From: a virus
Lineage: Duplodnaviria; Caudoviricetes
Direction: 5' to 3' (one strand)
Virus record (IMG/VR): IMGVR_UViG_3300035664_000014
Span: 1 to 63,308 of that record
Length of the DNA stretch: 63,308 nt
Shown in pieces: positions 56,406 through 63,308 of the stretch (positions are counted from its first letter, which is position 1; every line of letters starts with the position of its first letter). A model generated the notes under the pieces. It was given only the letters and a program-made list of their open reading frames with translations, was not told the DNA's origin and did not search any database. A program made the translations under genes and the position numbers.

Positions 56406-58423
56406 TGGCATACCAGCAACAGACTGATGGGGATATGGGGTTCAAGGGATTTGCGTCCCGACTCAACCCTATCGCTCTGGAGCCAGGGATGCTGCAACTC
56501 GCGCAGAATTGTCGATTGGAGAGAGGCGTTGTCACAGCCAGAAAGGGGCTGGAGAAGCTAACGGGGCAAACCCTAGCCAACGACACGCTCATTACCACAT
56601 TCGCCTATACGGACGACTCCAATGTAGACCAGATCATGCTCGTCTGCATGGACGGGCTCTACATCTACACGCCAGAGCAATACGGTCAGCCTGGGTCGTT
56701 GTCAGCCAAGAAGAGCTTTGCTGCTGGCAGATACATGTCCACGACATTCCTGCTCACAACCGAAGCAGGCGACAACTTGACCGCAGAGGACGGCTCAAGG
56801 CTCACGGAAGGCAATCCGGCATCCATCAAGTTCGATGTGCAAGGCCCGTTTCCATCCAACGGAGAGAACCACTTCGTTATCTTCCGTGGACGCACAGACG
56901 AGCCAAGGCTCACAGGCACATTCTCCAAGCCAAACGGAACGAACGTCCCAGTAACCGTCACAACAGAATCCGCTCACGGATACTCCGTTGGCGAGGAAGT
57001 CAGCTTCTATTCCTTCGATAACAACGCCCAGCCAATCAATAACAACTACATTGTAGCTAGCGTTCCGTCATCGACGACATTCACGTTCCTTTACACAGGA
57101 GCAACTACAACGCAGCACAACAACACCGCTTGCTACACTCAGCGTGGAAGACCGCCTTTATTCTGGAATGGCGTATCATCAACCGTTGACATTGTTCCGC
57201 AAACAAGTCCTGCGTTTATGATTGGCGTTGTCGGGTTTTCCGCAGGCGCATGTTCAGTGCCTCCAGGTGACTTCGGACTCCAGTTCCAGAACAGGCTCGT
57301 TGTAGCCTACAAACGCGACAAGCTAGCGGTATCCGACATCCTTGAGTATCGCACATTCGATCTCACGCTAAACAACTTCACCATCAACACGGGACTTAAC
57401 GACACGCTCGTGGGCGTATTGCCTTGGGTGCAAGACCAGTTCCTCGTGTTCATGCAGAAGAGCATCTACATCTGCTATATCGAGACGAGCAGCTATGCGG
57501 TTGGCGCAGCCCCAGGGGTAAACTCATCCATCACGGTGGTGACAACAGAGCTAGGCTGCATTGCCAGAAAGAGCATCGTCTCTGCCGGACAGTTCGTGTT
57601 CTTCCTCTCAAACAGAGGCATCAACATGCTTACACCGCAGCTTGACCTCAAGCTCATCGGCAACACAAAGACGCTCTCTGACAACATCGACGACTGGATT
57701 CAGCGAATCAACTACAACTTTGTTTTCGGAGCCTGCGCTGCGTATTTCAACAACCGCTTGTGGGTATCCATGCCAATCGACGGGGCTCAGAGCAACAGCC
57801 ACATGTTCATCTGGAACATGCTGAACGAAGCATGGGAGAGCATTGACACTTACCAGCCAGTTGCCCCTGACACCATCATGGGATCGGACGAGTTGCAGGT
57901 TGCCCAGTTCAAGGCGGCAAAGCAGTTGTTTGTCATCCGCAGGTTCGACCAATCAGGCACGGTTACAACGGACAACGGCGGCGTGTATGTGAGCGACCAG
58001 AAGGCTGATGGCGACTACGTCAAAAACGAAACTGGAGATGGTCCAGTCCTCACGTTCACCCTGCCTGCAACGCTCACTGTAGGCACTTCCGTTCCTTCAG
58101 CAATCTTGTCCTCACTCAAGAGCAGGCAGTATACACTTGGGACTTTGCAGGAGAAGTATTACTCCAACGTGCAGGTTGTCTCGAAAGCGAGCACATCCCA
58201 AGACCAGATTGCAGTGTCGATTAGCACGAGCAACCAAGACATCACGCAGAACAATGGCGTTATCTCCTTCACCGACGCTACGGACAAGACCTATCGCGAC
58301 CGTATTGGTTTGCGTGGGTATGCAGTTGATGCGACTCTCTCCTTGCAGAAGGGCCAGCCAGAGGTGCGTGCAATCACCATCACGGGCAGCGTGGCATCTA
58401 GAGCAATGATTTCCCAGCAATAG
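56405..58423 (+). CDS. tail nozzle/hub protein (phage A)
   Basis: 672 aa beta-propeller-like; QNRLVV, ELGCIARKSI, FFLSNRG motifs. Confidence 0.7.
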   Translation: MAYQQQTDGDMGFKGFASRLNPIALEPGMLQLAQNCRLERGVVTARKGLEKLTGQTLANDTLITTFAYTDDSNVDQIMLVCMDGLYIYTPEQYGQPGSLSAKKSFAAGRYMSTTFLLTTEAGDNLTAEDGSRLTEGNPASIKFDVQGPFPSNGENHFVIFRGRTDEPRLTGTFSKPNGTNVPVTVTTESAHGYSVGEEVSFYSFDNNAQPINNNYIVASVPSSTTFTFLYTGATTTQHNNTACYTQRGRPPLFWNGVSSTVDIVPQTSPAFMIGVVGFSAGACSVPPGDFGLQFQNRLVVAYKRDKLAVSDILEYRTFDLTLNNFTINTGLNDTLVGVLPWVQDQFLVFMQKSIYICYIETSSYAVGAAPGVNSSITVVTTELGCIARKSIVSAGQFVFFLSNRGINMLTPQLDLKLIGNTKTLSDNIDDWIQRINYNFVFGACAAYFNNRLWVSMPIDGAQSNSHMFIWNMLNEAWESIDTYQPVAPDTIMGSDELQVAQFKAAKQLFVIRRFDQSGTVTTDNGGVYVSDQKADGDYVKNETGDGPVLTFTLPATLTVGTSVPSAILSSLKSRQYTLGTLQEKYYSNVQVVSKASTSQDQIAVSISTSNQDITQNNGVISFTDATDKTYRDRIGLRGYAVDATLSLQKGQPEVRAITITGSVASRAMISQQ

Positions 58424-58425
58424 TT

Positions 58426-59739
58426 ATGGCACAGATTCAAGCAGGACAAACCTATCAGACAGGGATGGCTGTAACAGCAGCCAACCTAAACGCGCATGTC
58501 AACAATGCCTCACTGCTGCCAGGGTGTATCGCAGAGCAAGTGGTCGCGCCTTCTGTGTCCAGCACGGACAGCATTCTTATCAGCAACGGAAGTTCGCTCA
58601 ACAAGACAACGCTGGCATCCATCGTTTCCCCGCTTGGTTTGTTCGATAAGACCCAGCCGCAGACGCTAGGCCAGAACGTGACTTTCGCAAGCGGAGCCGA
58701 CATTGCCTTGTCATCCGGCAGCATCATGGCCCTGTCGTCAGGGGCGCAAATTACCCTTGCATCTGGATCGTCAATGACGCTCTCCTCTGGAGCCATCCTC
58801 ACCTTGGGACAAGACCCAGTGTCTGCTTTCCAAGCAGTGCCGAAGCAGTATGTGGATAATGGATTTCTGAACAGGTCAACTGGCGGACTTGTCAGCGGCT
58901 CAATCTCGATGATTGGCACGTCATCCATCCTGACGCTATCAGCAGACCCAGTGCAACCGCTTCAAGCCGCAACGAAGCAATACATAGAGAACTTTGCTGC
59001 AAATGAAGTTGCAAGGATTCGCCTTCAGACGACCACTGGCATCGGCGGAGCAAACACGCTGATTACAACAGCTCAAATCAACGCAACATATTCACAAACA
59101 GGGAGTACTGGAACTGTTTCCGTTCCAGATGCTTCATTCTGGGCATCAGACACAGCCCCATTCTTCTTGGCTGGCCAATACATCGGAGTGCTGTCTGGTG
59201 GAACTCCAGCGTTAACGGCAAGGCTGTACAAAATCCAAACCGTAAATTACACAGCAAAAACATTCACTATCACTGGGCCAGATTCAACAACAAGAACAGG
59301 CTCGATTGTCTTAAGCTGCGTGTATCGCAATACAACTCCGCCAGCAGCAGACACAAAGATAGACTCAAATGGGAACAAGAACATCAAGAGCGTGTACTTG
59401 TGCGTAGCGTCAAATAAGCACTACATCAACTATTGGTACGATACCAAGGGAACTGCCTTAAATGCTTCACCAACAGAACTAGACAGTGGTGTTGATGATG
59501 ACCAAAAGGTGCTCGTGCAAGGGTCTGGCTGCAATGGAACAACTGCTCCAGAACTACTATCTGTAAACTTAATGTCAAAAATTGCAGGGTCAGTAGCAGC
59601 AACAAACATATACGCACAGGATCAGCCAATGGGATTTGGTGCTACATCAAAAGGAGTGCATATAGGGTTTTTCTACACATACAACAACGGATCAGCTAGG
59701 CAGTATATATGGGACTCTAACATCTATATTTCTAGATGA
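58426..59739 (+). CDS. tail-associated fibre-like protein
   Basis: VTAANLN, repeated SSGxxxxL units, two DP...A(V/A)xKQY units. Confidence 0.6.
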   Translation: MAQIQAGQTYQTGMAVTAANLNAHVNNASLLPGCIAEQVVAPSVSSTDSILISNGSSLNKTTLASIVSPLGLFDKTQPQTLGQNVTFASGADIALSSGSIMALSSGAQITLASGSSMTLSSGAILTLGQDPVSAFQAVPKQYVDNGFLNRSTGGLVSGSISMIGTSSILTLSADPVQPLQAATKQYIENFAANEVARIRLQTTTGIGGANTLITTAQINATYSQTGSTGTVSVPDASFWASDTAPFFLAGQYIGVLSGGTPALTARLYKIQTVNYTAKTFTITGPDSTTRTGSIVLSCVYRNTTPPAADTKIDSNGNKNIKSVYLCVASNKHYINYWYDTKGTALNASPTELDSGVDDDQKVLVQGSGCNGTTAPELLSVNLMSKIAGSVAATNIYAQDQPMGFGATSKGVHIGFFYTYNNGSARQYIWDSNIYISR

Positions 59740-60131
59740 CCGTATGGGACAAAATCCTTGAAGCAGAACTAGCCGCTGCGAGGCGTCATCCCAAGCTCTG
59801 GGACGGCACAAGCGAAGCGGAGATAAGGAACATACTGATATATTACGGACTGCATGGAGGGCTATTCTACTCCATAAACCAAGAGGATGAGATTGAAGCT
59901 GTGATGCTCGCGCACCCTGGCTGCAAGCTGCCGGATTGGGAGTGGGACGAACTCACGAACGACTGGACAATCTACACGCTTTGGGCCAAGAACCGAAAGG
60001 CGTTTGAGGACATGGTTGGACGTGCAATCCAAGACAAGAAACCCGACTTGATTTACGCCGTAAGAAACGGAATCATCAGGGAAGTAACACCGGAAAAACT
60101 ACTGCGACTATTCTATGGGCGGATCTCCTAA
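59736..60131 (+). CDS. hypothetical protein
   Basis: 131 aa, coupled. Confidence 0.65.
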   Translation: MTVWDKILEAELAAARRHPKLWDGTSEAEIRNILIYYGLHGGLFYSINQEDEIEAVMLAHPGCKLPDWEWDELTNDWTIYTLWAKNRKAFEDMVGRAIQDKKPDLIYAVRNGIIREVTPEKLLRLFYGRIS

Positions 60132-60984
60132 AATCAACATGCCTGCGGCTCCGACGTACACTGGCTCGATGGAGGAGATTCTCCGCGCCCAGCTCAAGTA
60201 TGCTCCAGAGGTATACGCAGCGGAGCAGCAGTATCAGCCTTTATATGGAGCCTTGCAGCAGCGGATGATGCAAGATGAGGCAGCAGCACAGCTCAAGATG
60301 TATCAAGGCTTGCAGCCAGAGCTATCAAAGCTAGAGGAGAGCTATCAGACAGCAGATCAATTAGCGCAGGCTAGAGCTTTGAAAGAAAGGGCTCCTGATT
60401 TCGTGCAGCAGTTTCAAAGGGCTCAAGGGACTGAAGGCATTCTCTCTGGATTGCAAAAGTACGCGCAAGAACAACAGGCGATTGCACCTCAATACGATCT
60501 CAACCCCGAAGAAGAACGGGCTATCCAGCAGAGTACCCGCGCAGCTTATGCAGCACGGGGAACGGTAATGGGAGATCAATCGGTTCTAAGCGAGATTCTC
60601 AATCGCCACCAATTCCAGCGGCAACGCAGACTGGAGGAAGACCAGCTTGCAGCGCAGCGTCAGCAAATGGCATCAGGAATAGCAGGGGTGCTGCAACAGC
60701 AAGCCGCGCCAGCCATGCAGAGTTTCTACAGGCAACCAATGTACGGAGGCAACTTTGCCGGAAACGCTGTGCAGAGCGCACTCATGGGCCAGCAGCAAGC
60801 TGGATCGCAATACTTCAACCCAGAATCGCAAACAGGGATGGGACTTATTGGCGGCACATACAACTCCAAGGTTCAAGCAGCAATGGCGCAAGCGCAAGCG
60901 AAAGCGGCGGCTGGCGCAGGAGGGATGGGGCTTGGAGGGTCGCTTGGCGGGTCGGCTATAATGGCGACTGGGATGGTTTTGTAA
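60115..60984 (+). CDS. internal virion/ejection protein
   Basis: Gln/Ala-rich, AYAARG motif, Gly-rich hydrophobic C-terminus. Confidence 0.65.
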   Translation: MGGSPKINMPAAPTYTGSMEEILRAQLKYAPEVYAAEQQYQPLYGALQQRMMQDEAAAQLKMYQGLQPELSKLEESYQTADQLAQARALKERAPDFVQQFQRAQGTEGILSGLQKYAQEQQAIAPQYDLNPEEERAIQQSTRAAYAARGTVMGDQSVLSEILNRHQFQRQRRLEEDQLAAQRQQMASGIAGVLQQQAAPAMQSFYRQPMYGGNFAGNAVQSALMGQQQAGSQYFNPESQTGMGLIGGTYNSKVQAAMAQAQAKAAAGAGGMGLGGSLGGSAIMATGMVL

Positions 60985-61865
60985 TGAAAAATAAAACGGA
61001 ACATACAATACAGAAAGCACTAGCTAGAGCAAAACGTCCCGCAGTTCTATGGAGCGGCGGCAAAGACTCGACTGTCCTTTTGGATATCGCTCGTCGTCTA
61101 AAGCCAGACATTGAGGTAATCCACTTCAAGCTGCCATTCCTGCCAAACAAGTATCGGCATCACCACAACGTGCAAGAGCAGACAGGACTCACCGTCCATG
61201 ACTGGCTTCCGCAGCGAGTTGCGCTAACCCACGGAAACGACCGCATCGATGTGTGCGAAACATACGACATTGGATCAGGAACACTGAGCGTCATGCGTGG
61301 CACGGAACCTTTTGATGAGCGCAGACCCTGGGTGTGTGGGCTGGATTGGCTGAATCGTCCAACTTCAAAGACGTTCTCAAACTTCGATGTGCTTTTGTGC
61401 GGTCACAAGTCCGTCGATATTGACCCGCTTACAGGAGGCATGCCACTGCACATTGACATGAAACGCCTTGGCGCGTTGACTGAGATGTGGTTCCCATTAA
61501 GGGAATGGACGGACGAAGACGTAGCTGAATACATACTGGCAAACGGCATTCCTTACGACAAGTACCGCTACGACGAGGAGGTGGTCAGCAAGCCTGACAA
61601 ACACTTCAACTCTGACTATGTGCATTCATGCATGCGGTGCGTGGATAAGAGGGAGGGCAAGTTTGTCCATTGCCCAAAATTACATGCAGACATTGAAAAC
61701 ATCTCCGAGTTCGTATTGCACGAACAGCCCCGACACGACTACTGCAATGTCCGATCTGGATTGCCAGACGTGCGGAGCGTGTTGCAGCCACAAGTGGTCA
61801 TGGCCGATTCTCAAGAAGGATCGGTCGGATGCGAGTGGAATCCCAGCGGAGATGCAGCGAGATGA
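60984..61865 (+). CDS. PAPS reductase-family (PP-loop) protein
   Basis: WSGGKDSTVLL, FPLREWTDEDV..YI, CMRC motifs. Confidence 0.8.
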   Translation: MKNKTEHTIQKALARAKRPAVLWSGGKDSTVLLDIARRLKPDIEVIHFKLPFLPNKYRHHHNVQEQTGLTVHDWLPQRVALTHGNDRIDVCETYDIGSGTLSVMRGTEPFDERRPWVCGLDWLNRPTSKTFSNFDVLLCGHKSVDIDPLTGGMPLHIDMKRLGALTEMWFPLREWTDEDVAEYILANGIPYDKYRYDEEVVSKPDKHFNSDYVHSCMRCVDKREGKFVHCPKLHADIENISEFVLHEQPRHDYCNVRSGLPDVRSVLQPQVVMADSQEGSVGCEWNPSGDAAR

Positions 61866-62094
61866 TTACCCGCTACTAAAGACGTGCAACAATAGATGCA
61901 TTGCTTTGCAAGGTATAGTTGGAGTACAAACATCTTGTTCGATATACAGCAACAGGCCACAGGCTTGCAGGAATTTCAAGAAAGGCAGTGAACTTTGTTT
62001 AGAAGCTAGGAGACATCTATATGGCAAAACCACAAATGTTGTTCGGGCAACAAGCCCCGCAGTCAATATCCATGATGGGTCAGGGTGTCGCTGA
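61747..62094 (+). CDS. YkgJ-like CxxCxxCC metal-cluster protein
   Basis: CQTCGACC...RCIAL...CSIYSNRPQACRNF. Confidence 0.8.
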   Translation: MSDLDCQTCGACCSHKWSWPILKKDRSDASGIPAEMQRDDYPLLKTCNNRCIALQGIVGVQTSCSIYSNRPQACRNFKKGSELCLEARRHLYGKTTNVVRATSPAVNIHDGSGCR

Positions 62095-62497
62095 TTCAGG
62101 AGCAAGGATGGCGCAGATGTACGCGCAGGGTCTTGAGTCCATAGGCAAGAATGTTGGCAACGCAATTCTTCAAACTGCTGGCATTTACGAGAACGAGCAG
62201 CAGACGAACCAGGCAGCAGATGCTGTTAAGAAGTTTATCTCGGTCATGCCAGACAAAGAAACCGAAGGCTCGATGGGGTTCATGCTCAATCAGTATGTAA
62301 AGGATCCGAATGTATCGAATGCTCAGATTGCCAAGTTTGGCACTGGAGCGATTAGCGAGTACATGAAGAGCGTCTTCGATATGCAACGGATTCGCGAGCA
62401 AAACAAGGGACGCTTGGATGTTGCAGGGATGAGACAACCAGGAGCCACTGGAGGATTGATTAGTCCTTTTGCTCCATCACAAAACCCTCAGCAATGA
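62021..62497 (+). CDS. internal virion protein candidate
   Basis: 158 aa, Gly/Gln/Met-rich. Confidence 0.6.
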   Translation: MAKPQMLFGQQAPQSISMMGQGVADSGARMAQMYAQGLESIGKNVGNAILQTAGIYENEQQTNQAADAVKKFISVMPDKETEGSMGFMLNQYVKDPNVSNAQIAKFGTGAISEYMKSVFDMQRIREQNKGRLDVAGMRQPGATGGLISPFAPSQNPQQ

Positions 62498-63308
62498 ACG
62501 AGCAACAGAAAGCCTTTTACGAGGATGCGGTATACCCAGAAACATGGGATTTACCAACGCCGCCTGCCAAGATTCGTATTCCAGAAGGATATGACGAGTC
62601 TAATCCAGCGCACGTCGCGGCTCTGCAAGAGACATATTCAAAGGCATACAACCCTGTAGAACTAAACCAGAACGCTCTCACTTACCTTGCTGACATCAAG
62701 AGCCAAGGACAACGTGTTGCAGCGCAAACGCAAGCAGTTCAATCGGCCCTTAAAGAGCTAGAGACCGTCCAAAGGGACAAGTATGTGCCAGTAGCAGGAG
62801 GAAGGTTTGAGCGTCCTAGGATGAGCGCAGAAGAAGCTGCGAAGTACGGACTGGCAGTTGCCAAGGCAAAAGAAAAGCTCTCAGCAGCAGAAGCCGATTT
62901 AGCTGCCGCCAACAAGCCTATTGAGCCGAAGGTCTTTGAAGTTCAATTGCCGCAGCCTCAAGCACAGGAAGCCAAGCCAGAGGAAGCTCCCAAACAGGCA
63001 CAAGCCGGATTGCCAAGCAAGGCAAGCGCAGAGGGAGTGGGTGTATCCGACCAAGAAAAGTGGTATCGCGGAGAATTGGATAGGCTTGGCAAGTGGACGC
63101 AGCAGCAGATTGCAGGTGGCGCAGACCCGTCAAAAGTTCGTGCAGCTAGAGAGATGTACCTGGCAGACATCGAAAGCCAGTGGATTCCAGAAATCAAACG
63201 CTACGGTGGAAAGACATGGAGGGTGGATTTGCCAAACAAGCATGTTGAGGTCAGTAACGATGCAGCAGCGCTTAAAGAGCCGTTCACTCACTCCGTTCAG
63301 AAAGCCAC
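62494..63308 (+). CDS. partial CDS, probable ejection protein
   Basis: MNEQQKAFYEDAV... reads open to the window end. Confidence 0.6.
   Translation, partial: MNEQQKAFYEDAVYPETWDLPTPPAKIRIPEGYDESNPAHVAALQETYSKAYNPVELNQNALTYLADIKSQGQRVAAQTQAVQSALKELETVQRDKYVPVAGGRFERPRMSAEEAAKYGLAVAKAKEKLSAAEADLAAANKPIEPKVFEVQLPQPQAQEAKPEEAPKQAQAGLPSKASAEGVGVSDQEKWYRGELDRLGKWTQQQIAGGADPSKVRAAREMYLADIESQWIPEIKRYGGKTWRVDLPNKHVEVSNDAAALKEPFTHSVQKA

Larger units (their letters stand above)
52952..63308 (+). mobile_element. Phage A right arm (fibre, lysis, nozzle and ejection genes; truncated at window end)
   Basis: Supplies the tail and lysis genes missing from the left arm and shares its GCA/GGA-rich codon style and fibre repeats. 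Confidence 0.8.

Noticed and set aside
1-63308. Alternative genetic code, introns or inteins
   Set aside because: Genes are intact and of expected length in the standard code, and all three stop codons are used.
1-63308. A single phage natively encoding two virion types
   Set aside because: Not formally excluded, but the clean excision geometry, the circular permutation of B and the distinct codon styles favour two separate genomes.

Overview
The window is entirely bacteriophage DNA and holds two different podovirus-type genomes, one nested in the other. Phage A (about 1-12626 and 52952-63308, partial) has TerL, portal, scaffold, a DUF5309/SU10-type capsid, adaptor, fibre genes, lysis genes with an M15 endolysin, nozzle and ejection proteins. 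Phage B is 39,365 bp and apparently complete and circularly permuted. It has a P22-like TerS/TerL/portal/scaffold/coat/gp4/gp10/ejection set, two tailspikes, a lysozyme, a replication-recombination module and anti-defence genes (ArdA, DUF2829/Tad2-like). B lies between two direct copies of a glycine-rich fibre gene plus its small partner gene, with a 960-bp apparently identical core (12627-13586 = 51992-52951). Excising B by one crossover restores a continuous structural operon in A and P22 gene order (gp4 to gp10) in B. I recognise no integrase, so this is either a real homologous-recombination cointegrate or an assembly chimera through the repeat; the sequence alone cannot decide. Either way, the two phages share fibre, holin and DUF6321 modules, a promoter-like motif and strong CCSGG avoidance, which suggests a common host and recent gene exchange. 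Other signals are an 18-bp junction-bounded mini-gene array, paired micro-ORFs after the tailspikes and a 17-bp operator shared by two operons. All family calls are from motif recognition by eye, not database searches.
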